From assembly GCA_028700975.1 (NCBI GenBank), contig JAQVRQ010000003.1, forward strand, positions 2,175-66,174: a stretch of DNA of 64,000 nucleotides. The letters run 5' to 3'. Below are positions 1 to 9,555 of the stretch, in pieces. Source of the stretch: Bacteroidales bacterium (GTDB taxonomy: Bacteria; Bacteroidota; Bacteroidia; Bacteroidales; UBA932). Numbering within the stretch: the stretch's first letter is position 1; every line of letters starts with the position of its first letter. A program made the position numbers and the translations under genes. The notes under the pieces were generated by a model. The model saw nothing but the letters and a program-made list of their open reading frames with translations, did not search any database and was not told the DNA's origin.

Positions 1-947
1 TTAGGGCAGAATACACCCTCCATTTTATTAAGTGCCTCAACAAGTACATCTCTTCTTTTCATATACTCATCTCTAACCGCTGCAAAGTATTCCGGCGGAG
101 TAGCAAGAGCACCCTCTGCTGCAATTTGGCCGTAAGCAGGAGAGCAAAGTCTGGCCTGGGCAAATTTTAAAACTCCAGTCATTACCTCTTTGTTCTTAGA
201 TACAATGCAACCAATTCTTACGCCACACAGACTATATCTTTTTGAAACAGAGTCTAGAAGTATGACATTCTCTTCAAGCCCTTCAAGGTGCATAGCGGAA
301 AAGTGAGGTTCGTCTGTATAGCAGAACTCTCTGTAGACTTCGTCAGAATAAAGGAATAGGTTATGCTTTTTTACAATCTCGCCCAATTTAATAATGGTCT
401 CTTTTGTGTATAAAGAGCCTGTGGGATTACCCGGATTGCAAAGAATAATTCCTTTGGTTTTTGGAGTTATGTATTTTTCAAATTCGCTTATCTCAGGGAG
501 AGCAAATCCGTTCTCAATTGATGTTGACACAGGTACCAGTTTAACATCGTTCTGAAGGGAGAGAGCATTGTAATTTGTGTAGAATGGCTCCATTACAATC
601 ACTTCGTCATCCGGGTTACAGGTAACTGCAAGTGCAATTTGAAGTGCTTCACTTCCGCCGGTTGTGATGTTGATTTCTGATGGAGTTACATTAATGTTGA
701 TGGACTGATAATATTTTGCTAAACCATCTCTGTAAGATGTAATTCCTGCTGAATGTGGATATTCGATTAGTTTTAGAGTATTGTTTTTTACAGCATCCAG
801 AGCCTCTTTTGGTGAAGCAATATCTGGTTGGCCAATGTTAAGGTGATAAACCTTTACTCCTCTTTTTTTTGCAGCCTCTGCGTAAGGGACAAGTTTCCTT
901 ATTGGGGAGGCTGGCATTGCTTTAGCTTTGTTTGATATTGTAAGCAT
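1..947 (-). CDS. PLP-dependent class I/II aminotransferase (aspartate aminotransferase-like), 3' end outside window
   Basis: Not in the ORF track. Manual translation from ATG at 947 gives MLTISNKAKAMPASPIRKLVPYAEAAKKRGVKVYHLNIGQPD, with later NPGNPTG, DEVY and SVSKR (PLP lysine) motifs. Confidence 0.9.
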   Translation of the reverse strand, partial: MLTISNKAKAMPASPIRKLVPYAEAAKKRGVKVYHLNIGQPDIASPKEALDAVKNNTLKLIEYPHSAGITSYRDGLAKYYQSININVTPSEINITTGGSEALQIALAVTCNPDDEVIVMEPFYTNYNALSLQNDVKLVPVSTSIENGFALPEISEFEKYITPKTKGIILCNPGNPTGSLYTKETIIKLGEIVKKHNLFLYSDEVYREFCYTDEPHFSAMHLEGLEENVILLDSVSKRYSLCGVRIGCIVSKNKEVMTGVLKFAQARLCSPAYGQIAAEGALATPPEYFAAVRDEYMKRRDVLVEALNKMEGVFCP

Positions 948-966
948 TATTATAAGTTTATGTTGT

Positions 967-2442
967 TTATTTTAATAGCTCTTTCATAAATCCCTCTATC
1001 TTTGGTTGCATCTGTGCTGTCTTTGCCTGAAAGTTATTAGTTAGTATGGCAAAGTAATACATACCTCCATTTTTTCTCTCTACAAAACCAGCATAACATC
1101 TGACATTTGAGAGAGAGCCACTTTTAGCGTGTAATCTTCTCTTTTGTTCAGGAGTTGCATCTTTTATGACGTTTTCCAGAGTTCCGGGTCCTCCGGGTTG
1201 TGGCAAACTGTTATAAAATGCTTCAAAGTTATCGTTTTTTTCTTTCAATTTGGAGAAATAGTTACAGAAAAATCTTGCAGATACATAGTTTTGTCTGGAG
1301 AGCCCGCTACCGTCATCCTGGGTGAATCCTCTGTAAGGTAAACCCATTGATGACAACACTCTTCTTATTGCAACAGCGGAGGAGTCATATGAGCCACTTC
1401 CGGTTAGCTCTTTTCCTAATGTTTTAAAAAGTGTCTCAGCATAGAAATTATTGCTGATTCGGTTTGTAACATTAACTATTGATGATAGTGGGGGTGAGAG
1501 CGTTTCGCCAATGATAGTAATCTCTTCCTGGGGTGCAGTATCTTGGTAGCTTTGGATATCATATGCAAGAGGATTGCTTCTTATCCCACCTCTCTCCAAA
1601 AATTTTCTGAACTCTTCAGCACACGCTACTGCCGGAAATTTACAGGAGCCTGTTAGGACTACATCTTTATCTCCAAATGGAATTGACCCGGAGTATCTGA
1701 CTACTCTCTCAATTTCTGTAAGCCTCAAACTTGTCTGAGCTCTGCTGCCCGGAGCACCGGTTGTGATTGTGTTATCTATCCTTAGCCCGGGTACTTGAGG
1801 CCATACAGCTACAAACTTTGCGGGATCTCCAATATTATCCCCTGATTTGAAGGTGAACTCCTGGAGGTTCTCCATAAATGAGAGGCCAGCAGTACCGCTT
1901 CCGTAATAGGGACCAAGATTGCTTACTGCCCATCCTCCCGGAACAATTTCGTTTTTGAAGAACCTGTCATCGCCTACAATATTTCCCTCAATTCTTGTGA
2001 TTCCAGCAAGTCTTACAGCATCCATCCATATGCCAAATATTGAGTCTATTGGGTAGGCTATGGTATCCTTTGAGCCGAGAGTAGGGTCTCCTCCGCCAAT
2101 TATATAGAGATCTCCCTTTAATGTGCCATTTTCAATTAAACCTGTGTAGCCAACTCTTGTCTTGTATTTGTAATCGGGACCAAGTACCTTAAGTGCGAGA
2201 CCTGTAGATATTGTCTTCATTGTGGAGGCAGTAAGGAGTGGCATATCGGGATTCCAGGAGGCTATCTCTTTACCCTTCTCATCCATTACCATTATTCCAA
2301 CCACTGCATTGGAAAACATTGTATCTTTTTTCATATTATCAATGTATTTTCCAATTCCCCTTTGGGCGAATACTCCGGTTGTTGCAGCAACCAAGACCAG
2401 AAGTGTTGCAAAAGCTTTAGCAGGTTTCATTTTATTCTTCAT
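967..2442 (-). CDS. dacB: D-alanyl-D-alanine carboxypeptidase/endopeptidase (PBP4, peptidase S13)
   Basis: Signal peptide; SxxK (ASTMK), SxN (SNN), KSG, GGGDPTL and DGSGLSR motifs. Confidence 0.92.
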   Translation of the reverse strand: MKNKMKPAKAFATLLVLVAATTGVFAQRGIGKYIDNMKKDTMFSNAVVGIMVMDEKGKEIASWNPDMPLLTASTMKTISTGLALKVLGPDYKYKTRVGYTGLIENGTLKGDLYIIGGGDPTLGSKDTIAYPIDSIFGIWMDAVRLAGITRIEGNIVGDDRFFKNEIVPGGWAVSNLGPYYGSGTAGLSFMENLQEFTFKSGDNIGDPAKFVAVWPQVPGLRIDNTITTGAPGSRAQTSLRLTEIERVVRYSGSIPFGDKDVVLTGSCKFPAVACAEEFRKFLERGGIRSNPLAYDIQSYQDTAPQEEITIIGETLSPPLSSIVNVTNRISNNFYAETLFKTLGKELTGSGSYDSSAVAIRRVLSSMGLPYRGFTQDDGSGLSRQNYVSARFFCNYFSKLKEKNDNFEAFYNSLPQPGGPGTLENVIKDATPEQKRRLHAKSGSLSNVRCYAGFVERKNGGMYYFAILTNNFQAKTAQMQPKIEGFMKELLK

Positions 2443-2455
2443 TTTTTGTGTTTGG

Positions 2456-2463
2456 CAAATGTA
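2456..2463 (-). promoter_or_regulatory. Bacteroidota sigma-A -7 element (TACATTTG) for dacB
   Basis: Matches TAnnTTTG just upstream of the dacB start. Confidence 0.65.
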
Positions 2464-2494
2464 TAAAAATGGGGCACGGTTTTCAAATTTTAGT

Positions 2495-2502
2495 TACATT
2501 TG
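2495..2502 (+). promoter_or_regulatory. Bacteroidota sigma-A -7 element (TACATTTG) for the glnA operon
   Basis: Matches TAnnTTTG 32 nt upstream of ATG 2535. Confidence 0.65.
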
Positions 2503-2534
2503 CTCCCAAATAACCCCAACCCCTTTAGTTTAAT

Positions 2535-4721
2535 ATGAGCAGCTTCAGAAAAAGGGCGCTAGATGAGTTTTCTATGCATAAGCCCGAAAGGTTTTTTATT
2601 GAAACATTACCAGTTTCTGAGTACTTTGGTAATAATCTCTTTGATGTTGAAAAAATGAGAAGATACCTCTCTGCAGAGGCTTTTGATGCAGTACAGGATT
2701 CAATTTATCAAGGGAAAAAAATTGGAAGAGAGGTGTCAAATCAGATTGCTTCAGGTATGAAAGCCTGGGCAGTTGAGAAAGGTGCTACTCACTATACTCA
2801 CTGGTTTCATCCTCTAACAGATGCAACTGCAGAGAAACACGAAGCATTTGTTGATCCTTCAAAGAACGGCGGTGTTTTTGAAAATTTCCGCGGTGAGGCT
2901 TTGGTACAGCAAGAGCCGGATGCCTCAAGTTTTCCTAATGGAGGTTTGAGGAATACTTTTGAAGCCAGAGGATATACAGCCTGGGATCCAACATCTCCGG
3001 CATTTATTATTGATCAGACTCTTTGTATTCCTTCTGTATTTGTCTCTTATACAGGCGAATCTCTTGATCAAAAGACTCCTCATCTTAAATCTCTTCAAAC
3101 CCTTGACAGGGCTGCATCTGAACTTCTGGATCTCTTCGATCAGAAGGCTTGCAGGGTTAACGCTGTGCTGGGAATTGAGCAGGAGTATTTTTTGGTTGAT
3201 GAGGCTCTCTTTAGGGCCAGACCGGATTTAATGCTTTGCGGTCGCACTCTTATTGGTCATACAGCTGCAAAAGATCAGCAATTAGAGGATCATTACTTTG
3301 GAGCGATTCCTTCGAGGGTTATGTCATTTATGAAGGATTTTGAGACTGAGGCATACAAACTTGGTGTTGTGCTTAAAACAAGACACAACGAGGTAGCTCC
3401 AAACCAGTTTGAGTTTGCACCTTATCACGCAGAGGCAAATCTTTCTGTTGATCAGAATCTGATGATGATGATTCTGATGAGGAAGATTGCAAAGAGACAT
3501 AAATTAAAAGTTCTTTTTCACGAAAAACCATTTGCTGGGATTAATGGCTCCGGTAAACACTGCAATTGGTCTCTAATAACTGACAAAGGAGCCAATCTTC
3601 TCTCTCCGGGTAAAACTCCCGGCAGAAACCTACAGTTTTTAAGCTTTTTTGTCTCAGTAATAAAGGCAGTATACGAACACCATCACCTGCTTATGGCAAG
3701 TGTGGCAAGTCTTAACAATTCTCATCGTCTGGGGGGAAATGAGGCACCTCCCGCAGTTATGTCTGTGTTTGTGGGGAGAACACTCTCTACTATTCTGGAT
3801 TCTATTGATAAAATGGTTTCTGATAATATATCAGCAGATGAGATAATAAACAGTCTTAATATTGTTGGTAAAATTCCGGAAATTTTACCGGATAATACAG
3901 ATAGAAACAGAACATCTCCTTTTGCTTTTACCGGAAATAGGTTCGAATTTAGAGCAGTGGGATCCTCTGTAAATGTAGCCTCCTCAATGTATATCCTTAA
4001 TACTGCTGTGGCTCAGCAGCTCGTTCAGTTTAAACAGAGGGCTTGTGACAGAATTGAGTCAGGTGCCTCTAGAGATGAGGCTATTATTGAGACTATAAAA
4101 GAGTTTATCAATGAATCTTCAGCTATAAGATTTGAGGGTAATGGATATAGCAGGGAGTGGCTTGAAGAGGCAAATAGAAGGGGGCTTAAGGGTATATCGA
4201 ATGTTCCAGAGGCTTTCAAAGCATTTTTGGAGGAGAAGAGTATCTTTTTAATGAGGGATATGGATGTTCTTACAGATAGAGAGATTGAGGCTAGATATGA
4301 GGTTATGAATGAGATTTATATTAAGAAGCTGCAGATTGAGGCAAGAGTAATTGGAGATCTCACTATAAATCACATTATTCCAACCGCAATAAAGTTTCAA
4401 AATACTTTGATAGATAATGTAAGAGGGATCAAGGAGTTATTTGGGCCTGAGGAGTATAAAATAATGTCTGAAAGACAGTTGATTGCTATAAAGAAAATAT
4501 CGGGCTATATACAGCAATTGAGGGAGGATTTCCATTTTCTTATCGAGGCAAGGAAAGAGGCAAATAAAATTGAAAACTTTCCGGAGAGGGCAATGGTATA
4601 TTCAAACACAGTTCTCCCATATATAGACAAGTTGAGACGGGTGGTTGACAAGTTGGAGATGGTAGTTGATGACGAGTTGTGGCCTTTACCAAAATATAGA
4701 GAATTACTCTTTTTAAGATAA
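2535..4721 (+). CDS. glnA: Glutamine synthetase type III
   Basis: 728 aa; ATHYTHWFHP, AEKHEAF, EPDASSFPNGGLR, HNEVAPNQFE, DRNRTSPFAFTGNRFEFRAVG and terminal WPLPKYRELLF are GSIII signatures. Confidence 0.96.
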   Translation: MSSFRKRALDEFSMHKPERFFIETLPVSEYFGNNLFDVEKMRRYLSAEAFDAVQDSIYQGKKIGREVSNQIASGMKAWAVEKGATHYTHWFHPLTDATAEKHEAFVDPSKNGGVFENFRGEALVQQEPDASSFPNGGLRNTFEARGYTAWDPTSPAFIIDQTLCIPSVFVSYTGESLDQKTPHLKSLQTLDRAASELLDLFDQKACRVNAVLGIEQEYFLVDEALFRARPDLMLCGRTLIGHTAAKDQQLEDHYFGAIPSRVMSFMKDFETEAYKLGVVLKTRHNEVAPNQFEFAPYHAEANLSVDQNLMMMILMRKIAKRHKLKVLFHEKPFAGINGSGKHCNWSLITDKGANLLSPGKTPGRNLQFLSFFVSVIKAVYEHHHLLMASVASLNNSHRLGGNEAPPAVMSVFVGRTLSTILDSIDKMVSDNISADEIINSLNIVGKIPEILPDNTDRNRTSPFAFTGNRFEFRAVGSSVNVASSMYILNTAVAQQLVQFKQRACDRIESGASRDEAIIETIKEFINESSAIRFEGNGYSREWLEEANRRGLKGISNVPEAFKAFLEEKSIFLMRDMDVLTDREIEARYEVMNEIYIKKLQIEARVIGDLTINHIIPTAIKFQNTLIDNVRGIKELFGPEEYKIMSERQLIAIKKISGYIQQLREDFHFLIEARKEANKIENFPERAMVYSNTVLPYIDKLRRVVDKLEMVVDDELWPLPKYRELLFLR

Positions 4722-4740
4722 ATATATTACTTTTAAAAAT

Positions 4741-5928
4741 ATGCTCAGAGAAGAGACAGAAGCCAAGAAATATGCAATTAGAGGAGTATCTTCTTCTAAA
4801 TCTGATGTTCATAAAGCAATAGCGAAAATTGACAAAGGCCTTTTTCCGGGTGCTTTTTGTAAAATTGTGCCAGATTATTTAACCGGTGATGAAGAGTATG
4901 CGTTGGTAATGCACGCAGATGGAGCCGGTACAAAAAGCTCTTTGGCCTATGCATATTGGAAGGAGACAGGTGATTTGAGTGTGTGGAGAGGGATTGCACA
5001 AGATGCTGTTGTAATGAACACAGATGATCTTATATGTGTGGGTGCTGTGGATGAGATGGTTCTCTCTTCAACAATTGGCAGAAACAGAAACAAAATTCCG
5101 GGAGAGGTTATATCTGCTATTATTTCAGGAACAGAGGAGTTCGCCTCAAGGATGGCACAGTATGGGATAAACATAAGACTTACAGGAGGGGAGACTGCAG
5201 ATGTGGGTGACCTTGTAAGAACTGTAATTGTTGATTCTACAGTTTGTGCAAGAGTTCGCAGAGATCAGGTAATTGATAATTCACGCATATCATCAGGTAA
5301 TGTAATCATAGGTCTTTCATCATATGGAAAAGCTGTTTATGAGGATGAGTATAATGGAGGAACTGGTAGTAACGGACTGACATCTGCCAGACACGATCTC
5401 TTCTCCTCATATTTAGCGGATAGATATCCTGAGAGTTATGATTCAGAGATTCCAAGTGAGTATGTCTATACAGGATCGTTGAAATTAGATGAGGTTGAGC
5501 CGGAAACAGGAGTAACTTATGGAAAGTTGCTACTGTCTCCAACCAGAACATATGCGCCTGTAATTAAGGAGATTCTTGAAAAATTCAGAGAGAATATAAA
5601 TGGGATGGTCCATTGTTCAGGAGGCGGACAGACTAAAATCCTCCATTTCATTAACGGGCTCTCTATTGTTAAGGATAATATGTTTCCTGTGCCTCCACTC
5701 TTCAGGGCTATTCAGAGGGAGTCAAATACTGAGTGGAAGGAGATGTATAAGGTATTTAATATGGGTCATAGAATTGAGATATATACAAATTCCGAGATTG
5801 CTTCCGAGATAGTATCAATTTCTCAAAATTATGGTGTTGATGCAAAAATAATTGGAAGGGTTGAGGAGTCAAATGAGACAGAAGCTATAATTTATTCAGA
5901 ATATGGTACATTCAGGTATGTTAAATAG
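4741..5928 (+). CDS. purM: Phosphoribosylformylglycinamidine cyclo-ligase (AIR synthase), Bacteroidota type
   Basis: RGVSSSK, MHADGAGTK, GGETADVGD, SNGLT, HCSGGG and VFNMGHR motifs. Confidence 0.9.
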   Translation: MLREETEAKKYAIRGVSSSKSDVHKAIAKIDKGLFPGAFCKIVPDYLTGDEEYALVMHADGAGTKSSLAYAYWKETGDLSVWRGIAQDAVVMNTDDLICVGAVDEMVLSSTIGRNRNKIPGEVISAIISGTEEFASRMAQYGINIRLTGGETADVGDLVRTVIVDSTVCARVRRDQVIDNSRISSGNVIIGLSSYGKAVYEDEYNGGTGSNGLTSARHDLFSSYLADRYPESYDSEIPSEYVYTGSLKLDEVEPETGVTYGKLLLSPTRTYAPVIKEILEKFRENINGMVHCSGGGQTKILHFINGLSIVKDNMFPVPPLFRAIQRESNTEWKEMYKVFNMGHRIEIYTNSEIASEIVSISQNYGVDAKIIGRVEESNETEAIIYSEYGTFRYVK

Positions 5929-7243
5929 GCTATTTTTACTATTTACTGTAGTAATTTTTTCCCTCTCTTCCTGTTCACAAAGAGCAGAGGCTCCAGTGGG
6001 TATGTTTGATTCAGGAACCGGAGGGCTAACTGTGTTGGAGGCATTTCTCAATTTAGATGAGTTTAATAACTCTACTGGTGAGAGGGGCGGAGATGGTATA
6101 GCCGATTTCGTTAATGAGGATTTTGTATTTCTTGCAGATCAGGTAAATATGCCATATGGAATCTATAATGCTCAGGGTAAGGGAGATCTGTTAAAGGAAC
6201 TTGTTGTTAATGATGCTCGATTCCTAACTACCGATTCGATAAATTCAAAAATTGTAGTAATTGCTTGCAATACTGCTACGGCCAATGCGCTTGAAGAGGT
6301 TGAAAATTATCTTAACAAGGAGAAGAGAGGAACAAGAGTTATTGGGGTAATTAACGCCGCCGTTGAGGAGCTTTTATCACTTCTTCCTTCTGACTCTTTG
6401 GCTGTAGTTGGAGTGATGGCAACTGAGGGAACTATCTCATCTGGGGGATATGAAAGGACAATCAGAGAGATGTTTGAGAAGAGAGGTGGTTTAGTTCCAA
6501 TAGTGGTTAATCAGGCCGGTTCCGGATTTGCAGAGTCTGTAGATCTTGAACCAGACTATACAGATCTCTCGGCAAATGTTGTGAGAGATAGTTACAGAGG
6601 CCCAATGCTGGGTGAAGGTGATGGATACATTAACCTCTCTCTCTTTGATGCTTATAATTTTGATACTACCGGCAACTCAATTCTTACTAGTATAGAGGGA
6701 GGAAAAATAACAGATGTTCAGCTTAATTCTCCCGGGAATTATGCCAGGTTTCATCTAATCTCACTTCTTGAAAAGTTTAGAGCTAAAGAGAGTAGAGTAA
6801 AGATTGAAAATATTATTTTAGGCTGTACTCATTATCCCTATCTCATAGATACTATGGAGGTTGTAGTTGATGAGTTAAGAAATCTTCGCAGAGGAGATAT
6901 TTACCCCTACAGAGACTTGCTTGGTGATGAAGTTAACTTTATAGACCCTTCAAAATATGTGGCAATTGAGACATATATAGCACTTAGGGATGCCTCTCTT
7001 CTTAAAAAGGGAGGAAAAAAAGGCTCTCTGAAAACATATATAAGCCTACCGGATCCGTCAATTTCAGAAGATAAAATTGATCCAAGAGGAGGTTTTACTT
7101 TTGAATTTAAGTATGGAAGAGAGATTAAGGGTGTTAATGAAACATATGTAGTTAAGGAACTTTCCAAAGATTTTATTCCAGCAGAAAGTATTGAAAGAAT
7201 TGAAAAACGATTGCCGTCAACATACGGCATTATGAAATTATAA
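5918..7243 (+). CDS. Asp/Glu racemase family protein (MurI-like) with predicted lipoprotein signal, about 440 aa
   Basis: FDSGTGGLTV, D-x4-PYG, IACNTA and ILGCTHYP motifs. Likely start is ATG 5918 (MLNRLFLLFTVVIFSLSSC, lipobox); the ORF track starts at 5903. Confidence 0.85.
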   Translation: MLNRLFLLFTVVIFSLSSCSQRAEAPVGMFDSGTGGLTVLEAFLNLDEFNNSTGERGGDGIADFVNEDFVFLADQVNMPYGIYNAQGKGDLLKELVVNDARFLTTDSINSKIVVIACNTATANALEEVENYLNKEKRGTRVIGVINAAVEELLSLLPSDSLAVVGVMATEGTISSGGYERTIREMFEKRGGLVPIVVNQAGSGFAESVDLEPDYTDLSANVVRDSYRGPMLGEGDGYINLSLFDAYNFDTTGNSILTSIEGGKITDVQLNSPGNYARFHLISLLEKFRAKESRVKIENIILGCTHYPYLIDTMEVVVDELRNLRRGDIYPYRDLLGDEVNFIDPSKYVAIETYIALRDASLLKKGGKKGSLKTYISLPDPSISEDKIDPRGGFTFEFKYGREIKGVNETYVVKELSKDFIPAESIERIEKRLPSTYGIMKL

Positions 7244-7251
7244 AAGATAAA

Positions 7252-7872
7252 ATGACCTTTAAAGCTACCATTTCACCGGAAGAGATTGAAAAGCTCAAAA
7301 GTGCCGAATTTAACGGTGAGGTGACAATACTGGATAAGATTGACCAGACTTACGAGAGTTCAATTGAATATCTTTCAGCTCAAAAAATAATAGGATTTGA
7401 TACAGAGACAAAACCTGTTTTTCAGGCTAATTCAAAGAGGAATGGAGTCGCATTGCTTCAGCTTGCAAGCGGAACAAGAGCCTTTATTTTTAGACTTACA
7501 GAATTGGGTATGCCGGACTCTTTATGCAAACTGCTTTCTACTAAAAAAATAATTAAGGTAGGAGCTGCAATAACTGAAGATATAAGGGGACTACAGAGGT
7601 ACACTAAATTTGCTCCAAGGGGATTTGTAGATTTACAATCAATTGGAGAGAATTGGCAGATTAAGGAGAAGAGTGTTCGCAAGATGTCTGCTATAGTATT
7701 GGGAGTGAGAGTTTCAAAGTCACAACAACTTTCAAATTGGGAGGCTGAGGTACTCTCTGAGGCTCAAATACATTACGCTGCTGTTGATGCTTGGGTGTGC
7801 AGACAGATGTACTTAAAATTGCTTAGCACTCCAAAACCATTAGTAAAAGATGAAAAGAAAAATAATTCTTAA
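7252..7872 (+). CDS. 3'-5' exonuclease (RNase D/WRN-like DEDDy)
   Basis: GFDTET (ExoI), D...L, SNWE...YAAVDA (ExoIII). Confidence 0.9.
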   Translation: MTFKATISPEEIEKLKSAEFNGEVTILDKIDQTYESSIEYLSAQKIIGFDTETKPVFQANSKRNGVALLQLASGTRAFIFRLTELGMPDSLCKLLSTKKIIKVGAAITEDIRGLQRYTKFAPRGFVDLQSIGENWQIKEKSVRKMSAIVLGVRVSKSQQLSNWEAEVLSEAQIHYAAVDAWVCRQMYLKLLSTPKPLVKDEKKNNS

Positions 7873-9049
7873 AAGAGGTCGAGACGAGTCAATTAAAAGA
7901 TTTCACCCTTGGGTGTTTTCTGGTGGGATAGTCAGAATAGATGGTGATGTTGCAGAGGGTGACATTGTCGAAGTTGTCTCTTCTTCGGGCGATACATTGG
8001 GTTATGGACATTATCAGATTGGATCAATTGCAGTTAGAATGCTTACTTTTGGAGAGGTTGCTCCGGATAAGGGTTTTTGGCTGGATAGACTGAGTTCTGC
8101 ATACAAGGTAAGGGAGAGTGCCGGTGTAATCAGAGATGATAATAATGCATATAGACTTATTCACGGAGAGGGAGATATGCTTCCTGGACTAATTGTTGAT
8201 ATTTATGGAGAGACTGCCGTATTGCAGGCTCACTCTGTAGGAATGTTTCTTGCTCGTGAAGAGATTGCAGAGGCTCTGAAATCTCTTTATGGTGATAAAC
8301 TGGCATCGGTTTATGATAAAAGTTCATCTACAGCTCCTTTTAAAGCCTCTCTTGAACTGATGGACCAGTATCTTTTGGGTAAGGGAGATGGTGGGGAGGT
8401 TGTGTCCGAAAATGGATTGCTCTTTTCTGTAGATTGGATACACGGACAGAAGACAGGATTTTTTCTTGATCAAAGAGATAGCAGGGCTCTTATAGGTAAC
8501 TACTCATCTGGCAGAAGAGTCTTAAATCTCTTTTGCTACACAGGTGGTTTTTCCATTTATGCTATGGCAAACGGAGCTATCTCTGTTGACTCTGTGGATA
8601 GTTCTGCAAAAGCAATGAGTATGCTTGAAAAGAATATCGAAATTAATAAATCGGCATTAAATATCTCTTTGGATGCTAAGCATCAATCATATACAGAGGA
8701 TGCAATTGACTTTTTAAAGAACTCTCCTGATAATAAATATGATCTTATAATTGTTGATCCGCCTGCTTTTGCAAAACATAGAGGTGCATTGCAAAATGCG
8801 TTGAGAGCATATCAACGATTAAATGCGGCTGCAATTTCAAAGGTCTCCCGAGGAGGAATCATATTTACATATAGTTGTTCTCAGGTTGTTGATAAGATTG
8901 CCTTTGCTGAGACTATCTTTTCAGCAGCAGCTTCAACCGGAAGAGAGGTGCGTATACTTCACAGACTAACTCAGCCTGCAGATCACCCGGTTAATATTTA
9001 CCATCCTGAGGGAGAGTACCTTAAAGGGCTGGTGCTCTATGTTGAATAG
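7850..9049 (+). CDS. rlmI: RlmI/RlmK-family SAM-dependent rRNA methyltransferase with PUA domain
   Basis: HPWVFSG, EGDMLPGLIVD, GQKTGFFLDQR, LNLFCYTGGFS, DPPAF and EGEYLK motifs. Confidence 0.88.
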   Translation: MKRKIILKRGRDESIKRFHPWVFSGGIVRIDGDVAEGDIVEVVSSSGDTLGYGHYQIGSIAVRMLTFGEVAPDKGFWLDRLSSAYKVRESAGVIRDDNNAYRLIHGEGDMLPGLIVDIYGETAVLQAHSVGMFLAREEIAEALKSLYGDKLASVYDKSSSTAPFKASLELMDQYLLGKGDGGEVVSENGLLFSVDWIHGQKTGFFLDQRDSRALIGNYSSGRRVLNLFCYTGGFSIYAMANGAISVDSVDSSAKAMSMLEKNIEINKSALNISLDAKHQSYTEDAIDFLKNSPDNKYDLIIVDPPAFAKHRGALQNALRAYQRLNAAAISKVSRGGIIFTYSCSQVVDKIAFAETIFSAAASTGREVRILHRLTQPADHPVNIYHPEGEYLKGLVLYVE

Positions 9050-9063
9050 ATTAAAATTTATTT

Positions 9064-9555
9064 ATGGAATCAATTAATATTGTAAAAGGAGACAAAGAAA
9101 AAGTTTACGAATCTCTAATACCGCAGATTCTGGCTCTTACTGAAGGAGAGAGAGATTCGATAGCAAATATGGCTAACATATCGGCAGCGCTTAAAGAGGC
9201 TTTTGGCTTCTGGTGGGTGGGGTTTTATATTGTCAGAGCTGATGCATCTCAACACGGATCCTCTTTGGTTCTTGGCCCTTTTCAGGGTCCGGTAGCCTGT
9301 ACAAGGATAACTTTTGGTAGAGGGGTTTGCGGTACAGCCTGGAAATTGGCAGAGAGTGTTATTGTGCCTGATGTAGAGCAGTTTCCTGGTCATATTGCCT
9401 GTAGTTCGCTTTCAAAATCAGAAATAGTTGTTCCTGTTTTTAGAAATGGAGAGGTGGTTGCTGTTCTGGATATTGATTCAGATAAACTTGAGGATTTTGA
9501 TGAGAGAGATAAGATGTGGTTAGAGAGGCTTCTCTCCTCTAACATTGTACTCTAA
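9064..9555 (+). CDS. msrC: GAF-domain free methionine-R-sulfoxide reductase
   Basis: WVGFY, LGPFQGPVACTRI, GVCG, HIACS, SEIVVP and LDIDS motifs. Confidence 0.88.
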   Translation: MESINIVKGDKEKVYESLIPQILALTEGERDSIANMANISAALKEAFGFWWVGFYIVRADASQHGSSLVLGPFQGPVACTRITFGRGVCGTAWKLAESVIVPDVEQFPGHIACSSLSKSEIVVPVFRNGEVVAVLDIDSDKLEDFDERDKMWLERLLSSNIVL

